From positions 15,004,001 to 15,068,000 of the forward strand of contig NC_043002.1 of NCBI RefSeq assembly GCF_006345805.1: a stretch of 64,000 nt of DNA, in the 5' to 3' direction. Shown one piece after another: positions 53,296 through 64,000 of this stretch (position 1 is its first letter; every line of letters begins with the position of its first letter). This DNA is from Octopus sinensis (Eukaryota). The translations under genes were made by a program, and so were the position numbers. The notes beneath the pieces were generated by a model. That model saw nothing but the letters and a program-made list of their open reading frames with translations. It was not told the DNA's origin and ran no database searches.

Positions 53296-53491
53296 ATATT
53301 TCGGAATGGTCATTTTGCCAGTTTAGCCAATAAAAACACACGCGCTATATATTTGGTGTTATTTTGCTTCAGTGTTATTTATTTTTTACATTAATCTTAA
53401 TCTTATTTCGGCCAAATAACACCAAATATATAGTTCGTGTATTTTTAATTGGCTAAACTGGCAAAATGACCATTCCGAAATATAACAATAT
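53288..53491. mobile_element. palindromic MITE flanked by TA
   Basis: attgttatatttcggaatggtcattttgccagtttagccaat versus attggctaaactggcaaaatgaccattccgaaatataacaat. Confidence 0.9.
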
Positions 53492-53864
53492 CTGTTTCAA
53501 CACACGACTTCACATAAAAAAATTTTGCACAACAAATACTTGAACGTATATATATATATATATGTGAGCTACGATTTGAGAAATCAACTCAGGGAGAGTA
53601 CCTCTCCAATATACTACTGGTAGTGTACCCATTTATCCATACCCATGTACTAGTTATTGCATGCCAAAAACGTAATTCAGCATTATATATGGGTGGAAGT
53701 AAAAAGTGTTTTACCCTTGAATTATACGGCAAATAGGAAAGTGAAGGGTATTTTATATATCTTCTCTACTTTCTCATTTGCCGCATATATACATACATAC
53801 ATACATACATACATACATACATACATACATACATACATACATACATACATACATGCATACATAC

Positions 53865-53899
<35 letters not shown>

Positions 53900-54179
53900 T
53901 ATATGTATATTTATTTATTTATTATTTTTTTTATTTATGTTATTTTATCTAGTTTCAGGTCACAAGCTGTGGCCATGCTGGGGCACCGCCATTTGGTGTG
54001 GCTACATGACTTTACTTCACGAATGCTTTTTAGCAATTGCCATTTGGTGCATCAGACAGTTCGATGCAGCGCCCTCATCTGCATATATTTTGCTTTTTAG
54101 TTTCAGCTCGGCGCTTCGGCCATCCTGGGGCACCGGTGTTTTACTATTATTATTATTATTGACAGACTCCTGTAACATG

Positions 54180-54900
54180 GGGCATTTGGTGAACAGGGGA
54201 TTTTGATGTCGCTACCCTCAATTGCACATTTACCGCGAGGTAGGATCATCTCATCTATGTCTTGTAGTATATGTCGATGTTATCCATCGTAAATGACTTG
54301 CTGATATTAGCTGAGGCGGCTAAGAAATCCACTGGGTCGTTTACTTCACTTTATTCCAAAGCAGTGGTAAAGAAACTTTTGAACTGGTCAATCAGTAACT
54401 CACTTATCCTGGTTAGTCTATCTGCGAGGGATCCATCATTTTGGAAGAGAGGTCCTATTTTGCAGAGTACTGAAGGCCTTTGTCATTTTCTTAATGATGT
54501 AATTATTACCCAGCCTTCTTTGTCTGCTCTCTCCCTCACAAAGGATTGTGGCAGGCTTTTTTCAATATCCATCAGTGTTGTTATTAGGCGGGACCTTTCA
54601 CTACTTTTCAAATATATATATTTGGTCTCTTCCCTCACCCAGTTTGATTCTCCACTCATCTACCCAAAGTCTCACTTCCCTCCGCGCATTCTCCCATCAC
54701 ACATCTGTCCTCTCCAGTGTGGGTGAGCATGTGTTTGTTTCAAGTGAAGGTGGATGTGTATATACATTTGGGCGCATGTATGTTGGTGTGCAGGAGCGCA
54801 TGCAGAGGTATGGACATGCGCGCTTACGTCAATACTATGAACTTTTTACCCCTATACCTTTACTCCCTCCTGTTACTTAGCAGTCATTCTAATAGCTACT
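54180..54900 (-). mobile_element. decayed CR1-group LINE ORF2 fragment
   Basis: Minus translation PSVLCKIGPLFQNDGSL...ISELLIDQFKSFFT parallels TSVHCKIGPLFDKKGSL...ISEILKEQYKSVFT of the 32-34 kb ORF2. Confidence 0.7.
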
Positions 54901-55074
54901 TTTGTCTTGATGACGGTCAATCACACAGTAGTTTCCCTTTTTTTAATGCTCCTATTCATAGCATATTTTTCGATGTCCCGATAACTGAAGAGATGCCGTC
55001 GTGAGTTTCCGCCCCGACATCATGGCTACCGAATAATTGACACATATATTTACAGATGCTGCCGAACTGAGACC

Positions 55075-55385
55075 GCCTTCGGTCATGACTGACCATGCGG
55101 TTGCACCTAGAAAGTTACCCTCCCAGGCACACGTCCGGTTTATGGATGTCCAGCAATCGCCCAAACATACCGGCCTCCTCTCTCCACGCTAACAGTCTTA
55201 TCCAAGGGAAAGGCAAAGGCCGATATAGCTTAGCACCTGTGATGTCGCAACTAATTTCTAGAGTTGAGTGACCTGGAGCAACGTGAAATAAAGTCTTTTC
55301 CCCAAGAACAAAACACGCAGCCCGGCCTTGGATTCGAATTCACAACCTCATGATCGTAAGCTCGATGTTCTAACAACTGAGCTGT
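55075..55385 (-). mobile_element. family D SINE
   Basis: Homologous to 12240-12550. Confidence 0.7.
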
Positions 55386-55729
55386 GTGTCTTCAGATTTG
55401 TTTGACGAAAAAGGCTGTGCTCCAGCATGGTCGCAGTCAAATGTTTTAAACGAATAATTGAATAAAAGATTATATATATATATATAATAAAATATTAGGA
55501 AATAAATCCAAAATTACAGGGAAAAATCAGATTTAGGATTAAATCCAATTTTATAGTATAAATATATTATATTATATTAAATTAGAGATAAAACCACTAT
55601 TAGGCAAATCAAACAATGAAAAACGTAAGCCAATACATAAAATTAATTAATTAATATTATTTTAAATATATATCAAAAGTATTAAAAGTTTAATAAAATA
55701 TATATATAATATATAGAGAGAGAGAGAGG

Positions 55730-55828
<99 letters not shown>

Positions 55829-56048
55829 GATATAGATAGTAGATAGATAGATATACACGTATATGATTTGTCGTAAATTTATGGAAATGATATCCCATAA
55901 AATAAATTCTGTTAAAAATGTAGAAGAGAAGATGTTACAATGTGTAAGAAAATGTTTATTCATGCAGACATTCCTATCGTACCAAGATATAAAACATGAA
56001 AATTCATGGCTGAATTGAATTAAATAATTCAACTCCACTATGAAGTTG

Positions 56049-56079
<31 letters not shown>

Positions 56080-56933
56080 TGTGTGTGTGTGTGTGCGTGT
56101 GCGTATGTGTGCGTGTGTAACGCATCTCTGCTTGTCTGCGAGCTGATGTATGTGAGACCCGTAATATAGCAATTCAGAAAAGAAACCGATATCTTATTTT
56201 TAGGGCTTGAAAGAATATAAATAAGTACAGGTGTCGTTTCGTTCAACTAAAAAATAATCCAATGTGGTGTCCCAGGGTTACCGTAGTGTAATGTCTTTAA
56301 CAAGTGGTAGATACATAAAAGAAAAGTGATGTTCCATGAGCACATGGTGTACCAGGTAATCAGATGTTGCTATAAATCGCTGGTCACAATGCCCTTTGGC
56401 TAGGCAAGCAGATCAATAATCCACGAAGGGGACGTCGTAGGGACCGCCACCTACAGCTGTGGAACAACGTGAAATAAGCTGTTTCGATACATATCACAAG
56501 GCGCTCCCCAGTTCGGGAAACGAACCCATGATTTGTAATCGTAAGTGCATCACCCCTAACCATTAGGGCACTCAGCATATGTATACATACACACATACAT
56601 AGAGAGAGGGACAGAGAGTGAAATGGAGGGTAATTAGTATAACAATCGTTTCGGCTTCGTTCTGCACTGCCCGATGGTGGGTGGGGAATGACGTACTGAT
56701 ATCACTTGCAATGTGCACAGTGCAGCGACCTCATCATATGACGCAAATTGCTTTCCAATGTCATAAGATCTACATTTCAATTTGAATACAAAATAATATG
56801 GTGGTCGTAAGTTGCTACCAGTTCAGATGTACACGCCTGGGAGCTTACCAGTAAAGCACGGTATATACACACACACACACATATATATATATATGTGTGT
56901 GTGTGTATGTATATATATATATATATATATATC

Positions 56934-57005
<72 letters not shown>

Positions 57006-57459
57006 TGTTTCTTTATTAGCCACACAGGGCTGCACACAGATAGAACAAATTACAAGGTAGAGCTTTTCTTTTGGGGGTAAAAAAAGGGAGTGGTGGTTTT
57101 CGATCAAAAGGGATCGTAAAAGGAAAGGAAGAGGACAAAAAAGGGAGGGGTTAATAAAAAAATAAAAAAAAAGGTGGGGGGAGAGCAAAAAAATTGATCA
57201 ATAGGGATCGTTATCACAGAAATGTCAATATGAAGTGTAAAGGGGAGGACAGGTGAGGTTTACCCGTGGAAAGAAAAGCCTACGAAAAAGACCACGGTAA
57301 CCTCGGTCAATGAAGTCACATGTTATATTTCTTTTTTTTCTTGCAAACAAGCAACTCTCTGTATTAATTTTTATGGTTCATAGAATCATAGTCAAGGTGG
57401 CTTCGTCATTCATACGTGCCATCTTTGCTACATTCACCCATCTTTTTTTAAAACATTCA

Positions 57460-59652
57460 CTAGACAGAACTTGCCTCTCTACTCTCACTTTCCTCTTCAA
57501 GTGATACTTGAAGAAGTTGATGAGAGATTGACCAGAGAGGAAAGTGTTTGTCTCTAATCCTTTCAGGCGCGTCCACCAGATACATTCTTTCGCCATAGCC
57601 ACAAGTATGATAAAAATAGCTCTTCCTTCCGTTTGAAGGAAGGAGGCGTGACGATATTAACGATAGTCTCGGCTGATAACCGACACGTCCCACACGTGAC
57701 AGCAGTCGTTCGACATAAGCCCACAGGTGGGAAATTGCTGGACACTGCACGATTGCGTGCAGAGCGGTTTCGTCGCTCTGCCCGCATCTCGGGCAGGTCG
57801 GCCCCGTGTTTCTCGAGCCATGCCTATAGTGCTTATCCCGAACGGGTAGCGCTTCTCGGTAGCACCGCCAGGCCAGGGATCTCTGGAAGTTGTCCATAGG
57901 TCCCGGGCCGAAAGTCGTTTGAAACAGGCGGGTCAGGTATTCCTCGTCGACGCCCAGGTTTGCCCCGAGCTCGTCGTCGTACCTCCCCTCCACTAATCCC
58001 CTATAGAATGCTTTGGTTGTGTTGATGTCACTCAAGGTCGACCCGGGACGGCAGAGTTGCTTGAGAGCAACGCGACACTCGCGGTGCCATTCGCCCTTCC
58101 TCGGCCTCTTTTTGATCCACGACTGTAGTTCGGTCATGGAGACGAGTTGCGGGAATGCGTGCCTCACAAACGGCGACCACACCTGTTCACCGTCGTCTAC
58201 ATAGAGTCGGAGATGTCGCAGTCTCAGCGCGTGTCTGCGCATCATCAACCATGGTATGCCCAGCCCTCCTTTTAACGGGTGTTGACAGCAAATGGATCGC
58301 CTGACCATCGGGACGCATCCTTTCCATAAGAAGCGGAAGAGGATGCGTTCTAGTTTGGTGATGGTAGGGTCGGGACAAGGTACGACGGTCAGGCGGTAGT
58401 AGATGATGGACGCGATGTACGCGTTCACCACCTCCGCCCGACCTTTTAGGGACAGTTTCCTCTCGGCCCATTGCTGGGCGAGAGTGACCACCCTACTCAT
58501 TATCACGTTCCAGTTCTTCTCCATTTGGAGGTCCGGACCGAACCAGACCCCGAGCAACTCAACCGGGCCGTCTGTCCAACGTCCCACGACGGAGGTACTG
58601 GTGGACGGCATGGGCTTGCTTCTCCAGGTGCCGAGCCGCAAGCCCACTGACTTTTCTCGGTTGATTTTTGCTCCTGTCACCGCATCGTAGTCTTTCAGTG
58701 TCTCGCCGACCCGCTCGATGTGCTCGTGGCTTGACACTATGACGGTGACGTCGTCCGCGTATGCCGACACGCTCGTCCCGCATCCCAATTCTCGCGGGAT
58801 GCCCCTCAGAGTCTCCAGCTTCCGCAGTAGTGGCTCAAGAGTCAATACGTATAGAAGCGCCGAGAGGGGGCATCCCTGACGGACCGAACGTGCAATTACG
58901 AAAGGTCTCGATAGATGTCCATTTACGCGAATTACCGAACGAATGCCTCTGTACAAGGCAGCTATCCAGCCGCGGAAGACGGGACCGAAACCAGCCGCTC
59001 TCGGGACTGCCTCCAAGTATCGATGGTCTACCCTATCAAAGGCTTTCGATTGATCCAAGTTGATCAGGGCCCCACCCATGCCAGGTTCGTTAACTACCCT
59101 GTCTATGATGTAGCGCATCAGATGGAGGTTGTCATGGATGCTCCGACCCGGCACGGCGCACGTTTGTGCGTTGTCGACCAGCTTCTCGATGACAAGCGCC
59201 AACCTCTTGGCTAACACCTTTGTCAAAATTTTCAGGTCTGCATTGAGCAGCGTGATTGGTCTAAAGTTATCTATATTGTTTCCCTTGTTTGGATCTTTCT
59301 TCAGCAGAGTTACAGCTCCTCGACTCACAAAACCGGGTATGCTCCCGTTTTGCTGCCAGTTGCAGTATACCGCTGCCAAGACGTCCCCAAACAAGTCTGG
59401 CATACAATTGTAAAACTCGTAGGGTAGACCATCCAAACCCGGTGATTTGTCTCTCGAGCATTCTGCTATCGCTTCCTGCACTTCCGCCGCCGTGATGGCA
59501 CCTTCGCAGAACCCTGCCTTTCTTGTCGAGAGTCGTGGCAGGCTATGTAGGTAGGCACTGAAGTCTACCCTACGTTCTTGCCCTCCACTCGTCCCGAACA
59601 GTCGGGCAAAATGCTGCTGAAAGGCCTCACACATTTTACTTGGCTCGAGCAA
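57460..59652 (-). CDS. Tx1-like ORF2 reverse transcriptase segment (730 aa open; true C-terminus shifts frame and ends at 57378)
   Basis: ORF track plus RT motifs. Confidence 0.9.
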   Translation of the reverse strand: MLEPSKMCEAFQQHFARLFGTSGGQERRVDFSAYLHSLPRLSTRKAGFCEGAITAAEVQEAIAECSRDKSPGLDGLPYEFYNCMPDLFGDVLAAVYCNWQQNGSIPGFVSRGAVTLLKKDPNKGNNIDNFRPITLLNADLKILTKVLAKRLALVIEKLVDNAQTCAVPGRSIHDNLHLMRYIIDRVVNEPGMGGALINLDQSKAFDRVDHRYLEAVPRAAGFGPVFRGWIAALYRGIRSVIRVNGHLSRPFVIARSVRQGCPLSALLYVLTLEPLLRKLETLRGIPRELGCGTSVSAYADDVTVIVSSHEHIERVGETLKDYDAVTGAKINREKSVGLRLGTWRSKPMPSTSTSVVGRWTDGPVELLGVWFGPDLQMEKNWNVIMSRVVTLAQQWAERKLSLKGRAEVVNAYIASIIYYRLTVVPCPDPTITKLERILFRFLWKGCVPMVRRSICCQHPLKGGLGIPWLMMRRHALRLRHLRLYVDDGEQVWSPFVRHAFPQLVSMTELQSWIKKRPRKGEWHRECRVALKQLCRPGSTLSDINTTKAFYRGLVEGRYDDELGANLGVDEEYLTRLFQTTFGPGPMDNFQRSLAWRCYREALPVRDKHYRHGSRNTGPTCPRCGQSDETALHAIVQCPAISHLWAYVERLLSRVGRVGYQPRLSLISSRLLPSNGRKSYFYHTCGYGERMYLVDAPERIRDKHFPLWSISHQLLQVSLEEESESREASSV

Positions 59653-59946
59653 TTCGCGCCCCTGTTCATCTACCAGTGACCGAATGGTGGCTTTGTTGCC
59701 TGTTGCGCCTCTGCCACCCGGGCCTCTCTCGCGGCTCCAACACCTTCGTTCCTTAGAGCACGCATCCTAGCTCTGACAGCACATCCTTCGTGTTTGGCGT
59801 TGAAGTGTTGGTCGAGGGCAACCTCGCCGCCAAAACGTCGGATGCGATGCCGCTTCTAATTGCCTCTTCTAGCTTCTTAACTAGCTCACCCTCTACTCTA
59901 TTTCTATCTATGGCTAGTGATTTGCTGTACCTAATCGCTTCTGCTT

Positions 59947-60812
59947 TTACTGCTCTCTTGCGGGCAAACCACCATTGTTGTTGATGATGGCTCCCGTCAA
60001 AGCCCTCTTTACTAGTGTGCTAATCCGGTCTCTGAAAACTTGTCTGGACGGGAATGATTCGTTCAGTTTCCAGTACCCAGGACCCTGTCTATGTGCCTTA
60101 TCTAAGTCTAGCGTACACGTCACCAATTTGTGATCCGTGTAGCTGACTGTGTGGAATTGTGGACATCCTAAGTTATCCTTGTCTACTGTCCTACACAGTA
60201 TCCTATCTAGATACGATCTCGACGACCCACTGCGGTTGCTCCATGTCCACGTTGGAGCATTTGGGTGGTCGAGTCGGTACCTGTCAGACAGTTGGACTCG
60301 TCTGAGCAGGTCTCTGAGGCATTTGCATCCCCTTCTGTTTCTGTCTCTACCCACGTAGTCTACATGCGTGTCCAAGGTAGCATTCCAATCCCCCACTAAG
60401 AGTAAAGGACGAGACGTTCCCAAGAATACTTCTAGACGTCGCGAAAGAAATCCGCCCGACCTGTTAAGGGCGGTGCGTAGACTGATACGAGTCGAAAAGC
60501 GCACCCATTGCTGCCGTCAACATCCAGAACGACCAGTCTACCCTCCGGGTCTACGAATATCGTCTTGACTTCGAGATCGAGGCTCTTGTGAAAAAGTACC
60601 GCGGTGCCACTACCGCCCATCCTCGGCAGACAGGGAGCGAAATAAATGTTAAACTGTCCGCCAAACATGGACTTTAGGGCCCGTGGCTCGTGGAGTCTGG
60701 TCTCACTTATGGCTATGATTCCCAAATCATGTGACTTGATGTCATTTAGGAGGTATCCTTGTTTCCAAGGAGACCCCAAGCCACGCGCATTCACACAACC
60801 AATCTTGACCAT
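59947..60812 (-). CDS. Tx1-like ORF2 APE endonuclease segment (frameshifted near 60440)
   Basis: ORFs 60432-60842 and 59947-60504 together carry the APE motifs. ATG of MVKIG at 60812. Confidence 0.85.
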
Positions 60813-60960
60813 GATTCTATTGGGGTGTGTGCTTAAAAACACAAAAATGAAAGTACAGAGAGTTACTTACTTGTGTCGAAAGTTTTGGCTTCCTCGTTCT
60901 TTGATGTGTCTTCGAGGAGGTTTTTATACAGTTTTTGGGACAGATATTTCTGGAAACCCC

Positions 60961-62106
60961 CTACAGCATTGGGGAAGAGGGCTTTGGGTTTGTGGTGTTG
61001 TGTTGGGTGATGTGTAGTATCTTGATGTGTTTGGGTGGTGTAGTGCGTGGATGATTGCTATTTTTAAAGTCATCTTCACAAATGTTTGTGTATCCTGTGA
61101 TGTACTCCATTAGTTTGGAGTCTTTGGTGTCTATCGCTGATAGCATTTGTTTTGTGGTGTTGGTGCTTGTTTTGTTGTGTATGGAGTTTTCAGGGTTCAG
61201 TATCTCCTGCTTTGGTTGCGATTTCTTGTTGGTTTTTCTTGATCTTTTTCTTTTACCCCCTGTGACTATTGCCATTCTGTCGAACTTTCGTCGTTGGACG
61301 ACGTGTCCGAATCAGAAGAGGGTAAAGGCAAAGCGTTTGGATCTATATGTGTGTTTGTAGAAGGTGTTGTTGTTTTGTGTGGTGTTTGTGTTGTTGGGGT
61401 ATTAGGGGCAGAATTTGTCTTTTCGTCATTGATATTTGTTTTTTTGGTTGTTGTTCTTGGTGCTGGTGTTGGTTTGTCTTTTGATGTTGGTGGTGATGTT
61501 GCTTCTTTTGTTGGTTGCGATGTCGGAGGTAATTATTTTCTTGGTGATGTGGTTGGTGAGGGGGAAACAGTTTTGTATCGTCCGCTGTTTTTCCTGTCTT
61601 TTGGGTTGAAGGAGGTGTGGGTAGCAGGGGTTTCCTTCCAGGTTTGGGGAGTGGTTGTTGTTGCCTATTTCTGACAGCAGTTGGGCACTCATATCTAAGG
61701 TGTGCCTCACTGTTGCATAAATAGCATCTTGGTCTCCTGCCCTCCACCACTACATACAATTTTTGGTCGTTTGCCAGTTGAACAAAGGCTGGTAAATTGT
61801 TTATTACTTCTTGGGAGATTTGAAGAAATATTTCGAGTTTTTTACCCGTCCAGCTTTCCTCTGGAATGTCAGCTGTTTCTAAATATCTACTTCTTCTATA
61901 TCGGAGCAGATGGCCGATACCAGCCACTGGGTATTCACCATGGCAGCACATTATTTATTGTGACTTTCGTAATTCTGCGCCCCAGGTAGCTTGGTACCAT
62001 TGTTACCTGGTCTGTGCGCAGAGTAAGGGTTGAAAACCTTTTTGCTAGTTCTTCCGTATGGAAGTGAACTTGCACGGTAGCAAATTTACTTCCCCAATTC
62101 ACATAA
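60961..62106 (-). CDS. Tx1-like ORF1 (frameshifted, 5'-truncated): RRM-like region, CCHC knuckle and low-complexity tail
   Basis: VQVHFHTEELAKRF...PSYLGRRITKVTI and LYVVVEGRRPRCYLCNSEAHLRYECP; basic GGKRKRSRK tail. Confidence 0.8.
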
Positions 62107-62137
<31 letters not shown>

Positions 62138-62138
62138 T

Positions 62139-62205
<67 letters not shown>
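62107..62205. repeat. (GATA)n microsatellite at the Tx1 5' junction (matching tract 56934-57005 at the 3' junction)
   Basis: Direct reading. Confidence 0.95.
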
Positions 62206-63035
62206 CATCCAATGATACAATCTCCTTCGCTTTCACTCTTCGTAATGTCTATCTCAATATCTTTATACAAATATAATCATACAGTAACATATATTTTAGA
62301 GCTAGATTACTGCAAATATAAACATATGTATGCATATATATATGTCTATGTCTGTGTTAATGTGTGTGTGTGTTATTTTATGTTTGTCTCTTTGTACATA
62401 GATATTCATAGATGCAAAAAGTGTGCGCATATATAAATGCACAGCTTGTGCAGATGTTTTATGCTTTTTAATATATTTATGCGTTTAACTCAATTCCGAT
62501 ACATTTGTGAACACTTATCAGGCCCAATTCTAATATACTTTTCAAATACTGTATGTATCGTCATATTTCCTATGACAAGCATAAACGTGAGTATATTGAT
62601 TGCTACTAATAGCAAAACTAAAATAATGATCAATAAAAATATATATCAAAAAAGGAGAAAAATAGTATGTACATTAAAAAACACAAAGATGTGCGTACAT
62701 ACATACATACAGAAAAGTTATAACTTTCTTCGAAACTAATCAAAACATATTACGTGATGTACATATTAATGGAATATTTATCGACTCAGCTATAAGTGTT
62801 CGTTACTAAGGAGTAGGTAATTTCCAGATTCATTTCAAAGTATTTATCGAGAAAAATGATTCATCGGTTCATCACGTTCGTGATTTAGGATTTTGGTTAC
62901 ATATATTTATCTATCTGCCAAACTATTTATGTGTGTATATATACATGAATGTATGTATGTGTATGTATGTAAATATAAATATATAGAGAGAAAGAGAGAA
63001 ATACAGATATATGCACGTATCTATCAATGTGTATG

Positions 63036-63068
<33 letters not shown>

Positions 63069-63089
63069 CTATATATATATATATATATA

Positions 63090-63395
63090 GCACGTGACCA
63101 CATGACCGACCAGACCATCAGATGTTGCTACACATCGCTGATCACAATGCCTTCGCATTGTTTTAACCTTCGAATGACGCCACCCCGCTGGCTAAGCGAG
63201 CAGGCCAACAGTAGAAAGAGTGAGAGAAAGAGTGGTGAAAGAGTACAGCAGGGATCGCCACCTTCCCCTGCCGGAGCCTCGTAGAGCTTTAGATGTTTAC
63301 GCTCAACAAACACTAACAACACCCGCTCTGGGAATCGAAACCTCTATCCTACGACCGCAAGTCCGCTGCCCTAACCACTAGGCCATTGCACCTGC
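63090..63395 (-). mobile_element. SINE with a family C head
   Basis: tRNA-like head at ~63395; tail related to 28225-28350. Confidence 0.75.
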
Positions 63396-63419
63396 ACACC
63401 ACACACACACACACACACA

Positions 63420-63470
<51 letters not shown>

Positions 63471-63561
63471 ATATTAATTCGAGACAAAACCACTATTTTG
63501 CAAAACAAACAAGGAAAGACTTAATCAATACATAACATTTTAATATAAAGTAAATAAACCG

Positions 63562-63605
63562 CCACTACAATCGTTTCATGTCGTCAAATGACATTCGTCA
63601 GGTGG
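63562..63605 (-). ncRNA. type-I hammerhead ribozyme (left arm)
   Basis: CCAC-CUGACGA-AUGUC-AUUUGAC-GACAU-GAAA-C-GAUU-GUA-GUGG. Confidence 0.8.
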
Positions 63606-63657
63606 ATTTCCGATTTTCAAATCAGTTTCAATTGAACCTGATTTGAAAATCGGAAAT

Positions 63658-63701
63658 CCACCTGACGAATGTCATTTGAAGACATGAAACGATTGTAGTG
63701 G
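63658..63701 (+). ncRNA. type-I hammerhead ribozyme (right arm)
   Basis: CCAC-CUGACGA-AUGUC-AUUUGAA-GACAU-GAAA-C-GAUU-GUA-GUGG. All core residues and stems I-III present. Confidence 0.8.
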
Positions 63702-63869
63702 CGGTTTATTTACTTTATATTAAAATGTTATGTATTGATTAAGTCTTCCTTGTTTGTTTTGCAAAATAGTGGTTTCGTCCCGAATTAATATTATATAATA
63801 TTTTACTATAAAATTGGATTTAATCCTAAATCTGATTTTTTTTCCCTGTAGATTTGGATTTATTCCTAA

Positions 63870-63964
<95 letters not shown>

Positions 63965-64000
63965 GTATGTATGTATATATGTTGTATATTGGTGGAGGCG

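Larger units (their letters stand above)
57006..62106 (-). mobile_element. near-full-length Tx1-like (L1 clade) LINE
   Basis: ORF1 has a zinc knuckle (CYLCNSEAHLRYEC). ORF2 has APE (MVKIGCVNARGL, IIAISETRL, LLVGDWNA, SYLDRIL, YTDHKLV), RT (SPGLDGLPYEF, FRPITLLNADLKI, LDQSKAFDRVDH, VRQGCPLS, AYADDVT) and C-terminal CPRC...H...C. AATAAA lies just before the 3' end. (GATA)n flanks both sides. Confidence 0.95.
63468..63796. repeat. ~330 bp near-perfect palindrome of a Penelope-type repeat
   Basis: Centre at 63631/63632 (ttcaa|ttgaa). The arms are reverse complements with a few mismatches and about one indel. Confidence 0.95.

Noticed and set aside
61935-62270. ORF extending Tx1 ORF1 through the (GATA)n tract to an ATG near 62270
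   Set aside because: The frame stays open only because the repeat has no stop codon in it, and the upstream part shows no ORF1-like features.

Overview
AT-rich, microsatellite-dense eukaryotic DNA. The tRNA-derived SINE families and TE content suggest a coleoid cephalopod, probably Octopus; this is an inference. No host protein-coding gene can be firmly supported, and most short ORFs in the track come from simple repeats. The window holds two near-full-length LINEs: a CR1-group element (+, ~31.7-35.4 kb) and a Tx1/L1-clade element (-, ~57.0-62.1 kb). It also holds R4/Dong-type LINE 3' ends in (TAA)n tracts, one complete and several decayed mariners, a composite Helitron with a PIF1-helicase fragment, many SINEs, MITE-like palindromes, and Penelope-type repeats carrying type-I hammerhead ribozymes. 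Four observations stand out. (1) A full-length 7SL/SRP-RNA-like gene (21041-21338) keeps its Alu domain and helix 5 pairing, but its SRP54-binding loop is changed. (2) At least six hammerhead ribozymes have complete CUGANGA/GAAA/NUH cores, including a back-to-back pair in a ~330 bp palindrome. (3) The CR1 LINE 3' tail matches the tail of the dominant SINE, with a compensatory change in a stem-loop. (4) The Tx1 element is bounded on both sides by (GATA)n.
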